From contig CAYOIN010000001.1 in the NCBI GenBank assembly GCA_964404095.1, forward strand, positions 1-55,262: a DNA stretch of 55,262 nt, given 5' to 3'. Origin of the DNA: an uncultured Gammaproteobacteria bacterium (GTDB taxonomy: Bacteria > Patescibacteriota > Microgenomatia > UBA1406 > GWC2-37-13). Positions 42,525-51,594 of the stretch are shown in pieces (the stretch's first letter is position 1; each line of letters begins with the position of its first letter). The notes beneath the pieces are model-generated. The model saw nothing but the letters and a program-made list of their open reading frames with translations, was not told where the DNA came from and did no database searches. Both the position numbers and the translations under genes were made by a program.

Positions 42525-44039
42525 ATGATCGTAACAGTTTTCTCTGGTGTGACGATCGGCCTCGAAGGTGTACTCATACAGGTTGAGGTGGATGTTGCTG
42601 GTCGGGGTTTTCCGCAGTTTACCATCGTCGGGCTGCCATCGAAGGCGGTCGATGAGGCACGAGAACGAGTGAGGACCGCGATTCACAATACCTCATTTGA
42701 TATGCCGGACTCACGACTCACGGTTAATCTTGCACCGGCTGATATTCCAAAAGATACCTCTGGGTTTGATCTTCCGATTGCGGTCGGCATTCTCGCCGCC
42801 TGCGGTAATGTTGAGCAGCCAGCAATGCACCGCGCTCTCTTTATCGGAGAGCTATCACTCGAAGGTTATGTGCGACCGGTTCCCGGAGTTATCGCACTCG
42901 CAACTATGGCACGAAACCACAAGATCACCCAGTTGTACGTAGCGATCGATAATGTACAGGAAGCGCTTCTCATTCCCGGGATCACGGTCTATGGCGTCCA
43001 TAATCTTGGAGAGCTCGTACTTCACCTGAACGGCGTTACGCCAATACTGCCGTCACAACCGCTACCCTGGAATTCATCAAAAAAACAGCATGAATTCGAC
43101 TTCGCAGAGGTGAAGGGACAGTACGCTGCAAAGCGAGCTCTTGAGATTGCGGCATGTGGTTTTCACAACGTGCACATGAAAGGACCACCCGGAGCAGGAA
43201 AGACGCTCCTGTCACGCGCCTTTATCTCAATTCTTCCCGAGCTCAGTCGAGATGAGGTTCTCGAGGTGACGTCGATCTACTCAGTCGCAGGGCTCATTCG
43301 TCAACAAGCGTTGATAACCGAGCGTCCATTCCGATCACCCCACCACACAACCTCCCGCATCGGTCTCGTCGGTGGAGGAACGAACCCCAAACCAGGCGAG
43401 ATCTCACTCGCGCATCGCGGCGTATTATTTCTCGATGAGTTTCCGGAGTTTCCCCGCTCGACCATCGAGTCTCTCCGCCAACCACTTGAGGACGGTGTTG
43501 TTACCATTTCACGAGCACTTGGGAGCGTTACATATCCTTCTCGGTTTCTGTTGATTGCTGCGTCGAATCCATGCCCCTGTGGGTTTCTTGGGCACCCGAA
43601 GAAGCGGTGTAGTTGCATGCCCGGAGCAATCATGAAGTACCGAAAGCGGCTCTCTGGGCCGATTCTTGATCGGATCGATCTCCACATCGATGTACCTCCG
43701 GTAACCGAAGAGCAGCTCCTTGGCGCAGAGTCAGCAGAGCAGAGTAGCACAGTACTCAAACGGATCACTGCGGCAATTCGAGTGCAGCGTGCTCGTCTGA
43801 AAAAGGCCACCGCGCAGACAAACGGAGAGATGAAACCCAGAGAGATTAAGGAATACTGCCGTATGAGTGAGGATGGAGTAGCGATTCTCAGAGAGGCGAT
43901 TCAAAAGTTTTCGCTGTCTGCCCGTACCTACTTTAAGATCATCAAGGTGAGCCAGACGATCGCCGATCTTGAGGGGGCGCTCATGATTCAGCGCGAGCAT
44001 ATTGCCGAGGCGCTTCAGTATCGACCGCGAGAGGATTAG
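42525..44039 (+). CDS. comM: YifB/ComM-family Mg-chelatase-like AAA+ ATPase
   Basis: 504 aa. Lon-protease-like N-domain, Walker A GPPGAGKT, Walker B VLFLDEFPEF, a Cys cluster (CPCG...C.C) and a C-terminal ChlI-like domain. Confidence 0.9.
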   Translation: MIVTVFSGVTIGLEGVLIQVEVDVAGRGFPQFTIVGLPSKAVDEARERVRTAIHNTSFDMPDSRLTVNLAPADIPKDTSGFDLPIAVGILAACGNVEQPAMHRALFIGELSLEGYVRPVPGVIALATMARNHKITQLYVAIDNVQEALLIPGITVYGVHNLGELVLHLNGVTPILPSQPLPWNSSKKQHEFDFAEVKGQYAAKRALEIAACGFHNVHMKGPPGAGKTLLSRAFISILPELSRDEVLEVTSIYSVAGLIRQQALITERPFRSPHHTTSRIGLVGGGTNPKPGEISLAHRGVLFLDEFPEFPRSTIESLRQPLEDGVVTISRALGSVTYPSRFLLIAASNPCPCGFLGHPKKRCSCMPGAIMKYRKRLSGPILDRIDLHIDVPPVTEEQLLGAESAEQSSTVLKRITAAIRVQRARLKKATAQTNGEMKPREIKEYCRMSEDGVAILREAIQKFSLSARTYFKIIKVSQTIADLEGALMIQREHIAEALQYRPRED

Positions 44040-44054
44040 ATTTCTGTATTGAGC

Positions 44055-44083
44055 TTGACAGCGAATCTGAATTGAACTACGAT
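44055..44083 (+). promoter_or_regulatory. Sigma-70-like promoter of the pilin-like gene pair
   Basis: TTGACA 44055-44060, a 17-nt spacer, TACGAT 44078-44083; ATG at 44094. Confidence 0.5.
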
Positions 44084-44093
44084 TTACTTACCT

Positions 44094-44498
44094 ATGAGAA
44101 AACTAAATGCTCTATCCCTAACCGCCGTTACATACCTTACCGCATACGGTGCTGTATTTGCAGCGCCTGCAGCAAATGAAGTGACGGTCGATCAAAATGC
44201 GCTTGGATTTTCGATTCCATCAATTGGAGATCTGCTCACCTTCATCATTCGAGCATTCTTCGTTGTTGCAGGTATCATGGCGCTTCTCTATCTCTTACTC
44301 GGAGCATTGGCATGGATCACCTCAGGTGGTGACAAGGGTGGAGTAGAAAAAGCACGAGATAAGATTCAAGCAGCAATCGTTGGTGTTCTCATGATCGTGA
44401 TTGTTCTTGCGATCGTCTGGACACTTGAGAATGTCGTATTCCAACAGAAGATCTGTTTCGGAATTTCGTGCCCGCTCACATTACCAAGTCTTTTGTAA
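44094..44498 (+). CDS. T4SS pilin-like (TrbC/VirB2-like) small membrane protein
   Basis: 134 aa. Signal peptide (...YGAVFA/APA), then TM - SGGDKGGVEKARDKIQ loop - TM, the hairpin layout of VirB2-type pilins. Confidence 0.55.
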   Translation: MRKLNALSLTAVTYLTAYGAVFAAPAANEVTVDQNALGFSIPSIGDLLTFIIRAFFVVAGIMALLYLLLGALAWITSGGDKGGVEKARDKIQAAIVGVLMIVIVLAIVWTLENVVFQQKICFGISCPLTLPSLL

Positions 44499-44501
44499 TA
44501 C

Positions 44502-44849
44502 ATGATTGGACTTGCGGCTCCCGTCTACGCCCAGGGCGTACGGGACTGGGGATCATGCGTTGTTAACGGCATTCCTACCTTACAGTGCTTTGAGGTAATT
44601 TTTGGGAACATTGTTTTTATGTTCTCGACCTTGATTGTATTTTCACTTCTCGTGATGATCATTACCGGAGCATTTCAGTACCTTACCTCCTTTGGAGATC
44701 CAGGAAAAATTAAGAAGGCTCAGGCAACTCTCCGTTTCGCCATTGTGGGGTTTATCCTCTTTGTTTCGTCGTTCCTCATTCTGAAAATTATCGACGTTCT
44801 CTTCCTTGGGAATCACGGAATCCTGTTTGAACTCAACCTCGGGTCCTAA
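44502..44849 (+). CDS. T4SS pilin-like small membrane protein (paralog)
   Basis: 115 aa with the same layout: TM - SFGDPGKIKKAQATLR loop - TM. It starts 3 nt after the previous stop. Confidence 0.55.
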   Translation: MIGLAAPVYAQGVRDWGSCVVNGIPTLQCFEVIFGNIVFMFSTLIVFSLLVMIITGAFQYLTSFGDPGKIKKAQATLRFAIVGFILFVSSFLILKIIDVLFLGNHGILFELNLGS

Positions 44850-44858
44850 GCGATTCTT

Positions 44859-45008
44859 CTATGGAGTGGGCGTGACAAAGATCACCTTTACGCCGCTTTG
44901 CTCCGGTACGGGTGAAAGGACTTTATGCGAGTCCTGAAAGAAGGTGTACGCAACAAAGACGAGGAGTCCCAACCCAACTGCCACTAGAAGTAAGCCAAAC
45001 AGTCTCAT
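44859..45008 (-). CDS. Small (49 aa) membrane protein, translationally coupled to the upstream glycosyltransferase
   Basis: Below the ORF-track size cutoff. MRLFGLLLVAVGLGLLVFVAYTFFQDSHKVLSPVPEQSGVKVIFVTPTP. Its ATG (45006-45008) overlaps the GT2 stop TGA (45005-45007) as ATGA. Confidence 0.4.
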   Translation of the reverse strand: MRLFGLLLVAVGLGLLVFVAYTFFQDSHKVLSPVPEQSGVKVIFVTPTP

Positions 45009-45943
45009 AGATTCATTGTTTCTTTCACAATATAGCGAGGCCGCTGTTGTACCTGCGTGAAGATTTTGCCGATATACTCACCGATGATCCCAATGGTTAA
45101 CAGCTGTATCCCTCCCAAGAACATGATGCCGACAAACAATCCAGTCCATCCCGTGACCCAGTCGTGAGGAAAGAACGGGGGTCTCAGGAACTTTCCAATC
45201 AGCGCATAGATGATGCCAAGAAAGCCGAGCAATGCAGACCAGAATCCGAGCAGTGTCGCAGCTCGTAATGGTCTAATCGAAAATGAGGTAACGCCATCGA
45301 GCGCGAGGTTCATCATCTTCGAAAGCGTGTAGTGGGTGGATCCTTTCAGTCGTTTTTCTCGTTTAAATCGGATAGAGGTTGCCGGAAATCCTCCCCATGC
45401 AACAAGACCTCGATAAAACCGTGACTGTTCTGGAAGGCTATTGAGAAAATCTACAACCGCTCTGTCGAGGAGACGAAAATCACCGACATCATGGGGGATC
45501 TGAGTATCGGAGAGGATATTAATGAATCGATAGAAGAGTGACGCAGTCCACTGCTTCATCTTCGACTCTCCCTCGCGTTCATTTCGTTGTGCATACACAA
45601 TCTTCGAGCCCTGCTTCCATGCGGTAATCATGTCCGGCAGGAGTTCGGGTGTGTCCTGGAGATCTGCATCCAGGGTGATAACGGCGTCTCCGGTTGCGTG
45701 ATGATATCCACACGCAAGCGCCATTTGATGACCAAAATTACGCTGAAGCGCAATGTACTTTACCGCTTTGTTCTTTGTGTTTTTTTTGATCATTTCAGCG
45801 GTCTGGTCAGTAGAACCATCATCGATAAAAATAATTTCGTGTCGGTATGGTTCCAGTACAGAGGTGAGTCGATCAAGAAGGGGTTGGATGTTCTGTTCCT
45901 CGTTGTAGACCGGAACGACAACCGAAATAAGGAAGTCTTTCAT
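45005..45943 (-). CDS. Family 2 glycosyltransferase (polyprenyl-phosphate glycosyltransferase, GtrB/ArnC/DPM1-like)
   Basis: ISVVVPVYNEEQNI, the DGSTD and DADLQD motifs, and two C-terminal TM helices. ATG 45943 is preferred (TACAAT 6 nt upstream); ATG 45949 is also possible. Confidence 0.8.
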   Translation of the reverse strand: MKDFLISVVVPVYNEEQNIQPLLDRLTSVLEPYRHEIIFIDDGSTDQTAEMIKKNTKNKAVKYIALQRNFGHQMALACGYHHATGDAVITLDADLQDTPELLPDMITAWKQGSKIVYAQRNEREGESKMKQWTASLFYRFINILSDTQIPHDVGDFRLLDRAVVDFLNSLPEQSRFYRGLVAWGGFPATSIRFKREKRLKGSTHYTLSKMMNLALDGVTSFSIRPLRAATLLGFWSALLGFLGIIYALIGKFLRPPFFPHDWVTGWTGLFVGIMFLGGIQLLTIGIIGEYIGKIFTQVQQRPRYIVKETMNL

Positions 45944-45972
45944 GAACATATTGTAGCAAACTCAAGCGCGTG

Positions 45973-46043
45973 TTACGGGGCCGGGAGTTGAACCACGGCC
46001 TAGGAGATTATGAGCCTCCTGTGCAACCGTACACTACCCCGTA
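45973..46043 (-). tRNA. tRNA with CAU anticodon (elongator Met or Ile2 type), irregular T stem
   Basis: Minus strand: TACGGGG-TA-GTGT-ACGGTT-GCAC-A-GGAGG-CTCATAA-TCTCC-TAGG-CCG(T)GG-TTCAACT-CCCGG-CCCCGTA-A. It has a U1-A72 pair, a 6-nt D loop and a bulged T in the T stem. CCA is not encoded. Confidence 0.6.
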
Positions 46044-46063
46044 TGAATGCCTTATTATATCAC

Positions 46064-46402
46064 TTACTGGCCGAAAAAAGTATCCCACCACTGGCGATAG
46101 TTTGGGCGTGGAGTGGGGGTAGGGGTTGTCGGAACTTTGGTTGGCTCAGGCACCATAATTGCTATCTCATCTTCCTTGGTGAGATTGAGTCGATTACGAA
46201 TTGTTTTTTCCAGTTCGTTTGGATCCTTTGACTTGAGGATGCGGGTCTTGAGCTCGAGGTTGCGCTTCGCCGCGGTTTCATAATCTGTTTTATAACTCTC
46301 ATAAAACTGTGTCGATCGTTGATAATCAAAGAGATTTTTTGTCAATGAAAAAAGGAGAAAGAGAATGATAATTCCAATGAGGATTCGACGAAGCTTGTTC
46401 AT
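46064..46402 (-). CDS. FtsB/DivIC-like septum formation initiator
   Basis: 112 aa. N-terminal TM helix (ILIGIIILFLLFSL), a coiled coil, and the DPNELEKTIRNRLNLTKEDE motif typical of the DivIC/FtsB family. Confidence 0.6.
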   Translation of the reverse strand: MNKLRRILIGIIILFLLFSLTKNLFDYQRSTQFYESYKTDYETAAKRNLELKTRILKSKDPNELEKTIRNRLNLTKEDEIAIMVPEPTKVPTTPTPTPRPNYRQWWDTFFGQ

Positions 46403-46449
46403 ACCTCAATTATAGTATTCCGCTCGAGAGGAACGGGTGCCACCTTCTG

Positions 46450-46890
46450 TTACGCAAGACGAGGTTGGAGGATCTTCATGATGCGTGTTCCGTCGGCCTT
46501 GGTGCGGAGCTCCTTCATACACAGGCCGATAATCGCCTTTTTGTTTTTTTCAAAGAGTTCTTGATTCTCCGAGATCAACCGTTCGATCTCTGCGCCGAGC
46601 TGTTCGTCACTGAGCTCTGCGGGGAGATAGGGGGTTAGGATTTCAATCTGTCGGGAGTTTTGATCGATGAGATCTTGGCGATTTCCCTTTTGGGCCGCAT
46701 CTTTTGACTCATTCAGTTCGCGAACAACCTTCTTGAGGACCTGCACCGTCTCCTCATCAGTCAGTTCTGATTTTTTTTCGATTTCTTGATTCTTTACCTT
46801 CGCAATTACGAAGCGCAACACCTCGAGAACCTCTTTGTTTCCTGACTTCAATGCAGCCAGCTGGTCTTCTTGCAATTTCTGTCTGAGCAT
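46450..46890 (-). CDS. GatB/YqeY-domain protein
   Basis: ORF trimmed to ATG 46890 (TGgTATAAT 6 nt upstream). MLRQKLQEDQLAALKSGNKEVLEVLRFVIAKVKNQEIEK fits the YqeY pattern. Confidence 0.8.
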   Translation of the reverse strand: MLRQKLQEDQLAALKSGNKEVLEVLRFVIAKVKNQEIEKKSELTDEETVQVLKKVVRELNESKDAAQKGNRQDLIDQNSRQIEILTPYLPAELSDEQLGAEIERLISENQELFEKNKKAIIGLCMKELRTKADGTRIMKILQPRLA

Positions 46891-46907
46891 ATCATAATTA
46901 TACCACC

Positions 46908-47324
46908 ATGAAGGGTCTTCGGAGAAATGTGAAACGGCTGGACATCGCAAGCCTCCTCAGCCAGTATCAGCAAGCTGTCGTCCTCAATAAACCAACGCTC
47001 GCAATTATGCTCGACGAAATCAAGATGATGAACTTCAAGATACGACCACTCTCCGGTGATGTATCACTGATCAGAGCAATGGACTCGAAGTTGATCGAGA
47101 TGGTCTGGAATCTTGGGAAGTTGGACCAGCTCTATCGTGAAAAACATCAGTTGCTGAAGCTCAGAGATCGGGAGTTATTCCTGAAATTTTTTGAGTCGAT
47201 GCACGAAAAATTTCAGAAGGAGCTCGGTCTGGTTCAGCTTACAGTACCTGAAGAAGTTGAGTCATCTCATGCGCTTGAGATGGAGGTCTTTCGCGATACT
47301 CCACGAAGAAAAAAATCTAATTGA
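46908..47324 (+). CDS. Hypothetical protein
   Basis: 138-aa ORF in otherwise unoccupied sequence, predicted helical. No motif recognised. Confidence 0.4.
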   Translation: MKGLRRNVKRLDIASLLSQYQQAVVLNKPTLAIMLDEIKMMNFKIRPLSGDVSLIRAMDSKLIEMVWNLGKLDQLYREKHQLLKLRDRELFLKFFESMHEKFQKELGLVQLTVPEEVESSHALEMEVFRDTPRRKKSN

Positions 47325-47339
47325 TCGCGGATATATCAT

Positions 47340-47915
47340 ATGCGTGCACCGGTAGTTATTGATTTGGAAACAAAAAAAACCTTTCGCGAAGTGCGCGATA
47401 ATCGGGATCTTGGGATCTCGGTACTTGGGCTCTATAGCTATGAAAAGGGGGAGCTCCTCATGTTTGAAGAGCAAGAGCTCAACAACGCTTTCCCACTTTT
47501 GGAGCGGGCTAGCATCGTGATCGGATTTAATATTGTGAGCTTCGATCTGCCGGTGCTCCAGGCATACTATCCCGGAAAGGTTACGCAGTTTAAGACATTC
47601 GACATCATCGACGATGTCAAAGAGCGCATTGGCCGCAGGCTTTCATTGAACGATCTGGTGTGGGGAACGCTCGGGAAACAAAAGAGTGGTCACGGACTCC
47701 AGGCGATTGAGTTCTATCGACAAGGCAAAATGGATGAACTGAAACGGTACTGTGGCGATGATGTGACCTTGACCAAGGAGCTGTTCGACTATGGTGTGCA
47801 GCACCATGAAATCAAGTACTTCAACGAGCGAGGAAAGGTCTCGATTCAGGTGGATTGGGGCAAGCATCTCCGCGAGCAGGGCGACGAGTCTGCTCCACTT
47901 ACGCTCCCGTTCTAA
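47340..47915 (+). CDS. RNase H-like superfamily 3-prime-5-prime exonuclease-like protein
   Basis: 191 aa. VIDLETKK (Exo I-like DxE), GFNIVSFDLPVL (Exo II-like) and YCGDDVTLTKELF (Exo III-like). Confidence 0.55.
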   Translation: MRAPVVIDLETKKTFREVRDNRDLGISVLGLYSYEKGELLMFEEQELNNAFPLLERASIVIGFNIVSFDLPVLQAYYPGKVTQFKTFDIIDDVKERIGRRLSLNDLVWGTLGKQKSGHGLQAIEFYRQGKMDELKRYCGDDVTLTKELFDYGVQHHEIKYFNERGKVSIQVDWGKHLREQGDESAPLTLPF

Positions 47916-49802
47916 CTACTCCCACTCAGTTGTTCCCGGTGGCTTTGCCGTGAGATCGTACATGACGCGAGCAATATTGGGGACCTCATTCATAATTCGA
48001 TCGACCATTTCTTGCAGTGCTTCGATTGGCATATACTCTGACCCAGGGATAGCAGGAACACCGGTCATAAAGTCGTTGGTAATAAAGGTGCGAATCACGA
48101 TCGATCGCTTTCCGGTCTCGCCAAAATCAACCGGCGTAAGTATGACCGGAACCTGACTCAATTTCTGTATGAGTCCATACTTCAGGAGCGTTTGATTCAC
48201 AATATCGTCGGCATCCTGGAGATGGGCAACTGCCTCTTTCTCGGGGCGGGTAATGGTCGTTGTAGTAAGTGTATTTTTGGAGAGCTTGTTTCCGAAAACA
48301 TAGACAACTCGATTCACTCCATGTGCGGTTTTTGGGATTTCACCCGCAAGTTTGAAAAGCGTATCCCAATCAGATTCGCCACTGAGCGCAACTACATTTT
48401 TATAACTTCGCTCATCACCCTGAACCCCCACCGTTTTTACCGGAAGAAGCGTAGTTTGAATCTCTGGAGTACAGAATTTTTTTAACTGATTTACCATAGG
48501 AATATGTGGTATTTGATATACCGATTCTGCACCAATAATCCGAATCGCAAGTCCTGGTCCCGGGAAGGGTTGTCTCCAGACAAGCTCCTCAGGTAGACCG
48601 AGCTGGGTGCCCAGTTCACGAACTTCATCTTTATGGAGCTCCTGCAACGGTTCAGTAAGTCTACCCGCAGAGCGAAACTCGCGCGCGAGTGGTGAGTCAT
48701 TGTGATGAGTTTTTATACCATCGGCTTTACTGCTCGCAGCTTTTGAGGCGCTCTCGATGAGATCCGGACGCAAGGTGCCTTGCGCAAAAAATACATCATG
48801 AGGGTTGAAGCCACGATCGATCATGAGTTGTCGAGCCTTGGTAAGAAACACATCGCCGATTGCTTTTCGTTTCACCTCCGGGTCGATCGAACCACCAACC
48901 GCTCGGTAAAAATCTTCGGATGCATCAATAACCTCAAGGGTAAGTCCAATATCCTCAAGTGCTGTTTTTACTTTTTCACTTTCGTCTTTTCGCATATACC
49001 CATTGTCAAAATGGAATGCATGTACCTGGTCTGCGGGAAGTGCTTTCCCAAGAAGAGCGGCAAGAACCGAAGAGTCGACTCCACCGCTCACAAGGAGCGC
49101 GACCGGGCTTGAACCAACCTGTTCTTTAATCATCGCTATCGCTGCTTCTTCGCGATCTTCGATCGTGAAGTCTCCCTCAAACCCAGCGACTCCGTATAAA
49201 AAGTTATGGATCATCTCCTTTCCATGAGTGGTGAGGTCAACCTCAGGATGAAACTGAACGCCATAAAACTTCCGATCAGTATCTTCGATACCAGCGATGA
49301 TTTCACCCGATCGCGCAGTAACGCGAAACCCTTCCGGTGGTTTTGTGACACTTACCCCATGGGTGAGGAGAACCGGCTGTTGTGGATCGAGCGAGCGCAT
49401 AAGTGGCGAGTCTGTATCAATTGTGATGGTTTCCTGTCCATCTTCTCGGGTTGGGAGTCGCTCGAGTCTGCCACCGAGCGCCTGAGTCATCAGCTGCATA
49501 CCAAGGCAGATTCCGAGAACGGGAGTAGTTGTATTGTCGGTAAAGAGTCTTGGATCACAGAGTTGTGTCTTGCCAGCAGTCAGATCATCCGGCCCACCCG
49601 GAATAATGACGGCACCGAAGTGTTGCAACTTTTCCCACGAGGTGTCGATCGGTACGATCACTGTCTCCACCGATTGTTCTCGAACTCGGCGGTCGACAAC
49701 CTTTCCATACTGAGCTCCGGTGTCGAGAATCGCACAGACACGACGATGTGGATGAAGAGTTTCGGGATTAGTCTGCCGGTGGTTTTCAACGGGGCCAGCC
49801 AT
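47916..49802 (-). CDS. guaA: GMP synthase (glutamine-hydrolysing), long eukaryote-like form
   Basis: 628 aa. GATase1 (LGICLGMQL, GVQFHPE), the ATP-PPase P-loop SGGVDSSV, and a long C-terminal region ending MYDLTAKPPGTTEWE. Confidence 0.9.
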   Translation of the reverse strand: MAGPVENHRQTNPETLHPHRRVCAILDTGAQYGKVVDRRVREQSVETVIVPIDTSWEKLQHFGAVIIPGGPDDLTAGKTQLCDPRLFTDNTTTPVLGICLGMQLMTQALGGRLERLPTREDGQETITIDTDSPLMRSLDPQQPVLLTHGVSVTKPPEGFRVTARSGEIIAGIEDTDRKFYGVQFHPEVDLTTHGKEMIHNFLYGVAGFEGDFTIEDREEAAIAMIKEQVGSSPVALLVSGGVDSSVLAALLGKALPADQVHAFHFDNGYMRKDESEKVKTALEDIGLTLEVIDASEDFYRAVGGSIDPEVKRKAIGDVFLTKARQLMIDRGFNPHDVFFAQGTLRPDLIESASKAASSKADGIKTHHNDSPLAREFRSAGRLTEPLQELHKDEVRELGTQLGLPEELVWRQPFPGPGLAIRIIGAESVYQIPHIPMVNQLKKFCTPEIQTTLLPVKTVGVQGDERSYKNVVALSGESDWDTLFKLAGEIPKTAHGVNRVVYVFGNKLSKNTLTTTTITRPEKEAVAHLQDADDIVNQTLLKYGLIQKLSQVPVILTPVDFGETGKRSIVIRTFITNDFMTGVPAIPGSEYMPIEALQEMVDRIMNEVPNIARVMYDLTAKPPGTTEWE

Positions 49803-49832
49803 GGGACATTATATCACCCCTCGAGGAACTCA

Positions 49833-50603
49833 TCACCGTTTTGGAACCCATGGAATGAGCACGCTCGTTCTTCGTTTGTACTCCTCAAAGTCGGGTCGAC
49901 CGGCATACTTTTTTTCCAACAGCGGAACACCGGAAACGAACAGAATGAGGAGAGTAATCGCGACTGGACTGAGAAGAAGCGATGGTTGCAGCATATTCAC
50001 ACCAATGATTGAGAGCCCCCACCACATCGAAATCTCACCAAAATAGTTTGGGTGGCGACTGTATCTCCAGAGCCCTGATTGGAGAATCTTACCCTTGTTT
50101 GCTGGATCGCGCTTGAACTCTGCGAGCTGTCGGTCCGCGATGGACTCACAGAGGAGTCCGCCAATCCAGACCAGGGTTCCTACGATTGACCATACCGTGA
50201 GTTGAGGAAGTTGTGCAAGAATGATCGAGATCGAAGAGTACGCAATTACAAACATCAACATCCCCTGAAGGAGGTAGATCTGCAGGAAACTGCGAAGCAG
50301 AAAAAACCGCCACTGTGCCCGCCATTCCTGATATCGGCGATCTTCCTGTGTGCGACGAATTCGTGAAAAGATATGTAGTGCGAGTCGACTTCCCCAGATC
50401 GAGACAAGTACTGCAATCAGCACTGAAACAGGAGAACTACCCGACCGCGCAACCGCAGTCCACATCAACAGAGGGAAGCCGAGTCCCCACGCAAGATCTG
50501 CTACGTCATTCCGACGAACCAGCAGCGAAATAATGAACCACGCAATATAGTACCCAACTAAGAGGAGCGCAAGAATGAAGAGTTCAGTTACTTTGAGATC
50601 CAC
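49833..50603 (-). CDS. DUF1295 / steroid 5-alpha-reductase-like membrane protein
   Basis: [14 protein letters not shown] motif and multiple TM helices. The start is uncertain: GTG 50603 is preferred since it overlaps the upstream gene by only 16 nt; ATG 50657 or the ORF-track start 50777 are alternatives. Confidence 0.65.
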   Translation of the reverse strand: MDLKVTELFILALLLVGYYIAWFIISLLVRRNDVADLAWGLGFPLLMWTAVARSGSSPVSVLIAVLVSIWGSRLALHIFSRIRRTQEDRRYQEWRAQWRFFLLRSFLQIYLLQGMLMFVIAYSSISIILAQLPQLTVWSIVGTLVWIGGLLCESIADRQLAEFKRDPANKGKILQSGLWRYSRHPNYFGEISMWWGLSIIGVNMLQPSLLLSPVAITLLILFVSGVPLLEKKYAGRPDFEEYKRRTSVLIPWVPKR

Positions 50604-50989
50604 TGCGCGATAAAAAATGTAATGGTTGAGACGAGCATTGAAAGCGTCGTTCCCCATGCGAGATCCACGATCGTGATGAAGAGTGGCCACTGTTTCACAA
50701 CCGCAAGATTGGTTAAGTCGTAGGTCGCATAGGTGACGAGGCCGAAGAAGGCACCCGCACCGAGCGCATACTGCCATGACTGCAGTTTCATCGCGGGTTG
50801 AATCACAAAGAACACGAGCCCTGCGATAAAGAGGAGATAGAAAATAACCGCAGCTGTCCAGTTCACATCCTTGGTCATGAGATATCCGAGTTGTTGGCGG
50901 TAGAGATCCTTTGAGATGAGACCGAGCCAGACACCATCAAGCCCACAAAAAACGAGAAAGGCAATGCCATAGAGTTGGAGTGTATTCAT
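50588..50989 (-). CDS. DUF2177-like small membrane protein
   Basis: 133 aa with 4 TM helices. The N-terminus [32 protein letters not shown] matches my recollection of the DUF2177 pattern. Confidence 0.6.
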   Translation of the reverse strand: MNTLQLYGIAFLVFCGLDGVWLGLISKDLYRQQLGYLMTKDVNWTAAVIFYLLFIAGLVFFVIQPAMKLQSWQYALGAGAFFGLVTYATYDLTNLAVVKQWPLFITIVDLAWGTTLSMLVSTITFFIAQWISK

Positions 50990-51018
50990 AGATACAGTAT
51001 ACCGAAAATGGAGAGTTG

Positions 51019-51504
51019 TTACTGTAGACCGAAGGCGCGCAAGCTTGTTGTCAGTGCGTTATTGATCTGCTGTGCTGCATGCGGGGTGTTAAAGTGGTGT
51101 TGATCGCCAGAAGGTCGATAGTCGAGTTGGCCGGTGAAAACTGTCTGCGCAGCCCCATTAGGTAGTTGTTCGATTCGCTCCTCGCGACGTGCACGGAAGG
51201 TGCAGGCACGTGGACCCCGAGGATCGTCATTGTTCCAACCTGCAAAGTACGAAGCCTCCCGACACTCCCAGAGATGAGAGTGAGGATTATAGGTGTAGAT
51301 AAGCTCGCCAACTCGTTTCCCTTCTCGATCTGAAAAGCGTTCAATCTTTGTTCCTTGATCTTGCGTAATGCCGCTTATCACCCGATGAGTATTGTTTAAG
51401 AGCGTCTCAACTTTTGGGATAAATAAGCCCGCATATTCGTGCAGCTCTGCGTCGGGGAGTGGTTGGACTCGAGGTTGTTCCGGAGAAAATTCTACCATTG
51501 CCAT
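51019..51504 (-). CDS. Hypothetical protein
   Basis: ORF 51019-51519 (GTG) trimmed to ATG 51504, which has TATACT 5 nt upstream. 161 aa, no motif recognised. Confidence 0.45.
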   Translation of the reverse strand: MAMVEFSPEQPRVQPLPDAELHEYAGLFIPKVETLLNNTHRVISGITQDQGTKIERFSDREGKRVGELIYTYNPHSHLWECREASYFAGWNNDDPRGPRACTFRARREERIEQLPNGAAQTVFTGQLDYRPSGDQHHFNTPHAAQQINNALTTSLRAFGLQ

Positions 51505-51558
51505 GAATGAGTATAGCACACGACCATCCTACTGGAACAGTCCAATATAACCATACAA

Positions 51559-51587
51559 TTGACATCTCCGTATCAGAGAACTAAGAT
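51559..51587 (+). promoter_or_regulatory. Sigma-70-like promoter of the riboswitch-metK unit
   Basis: TTGACA 51559-51564, a 17-nt spacer, TAAGAT 51582-51587; the aptamer starts ~8 nt downstream. Confidence 0.5.
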
Positions 51588-51594
51588 AAGGATG

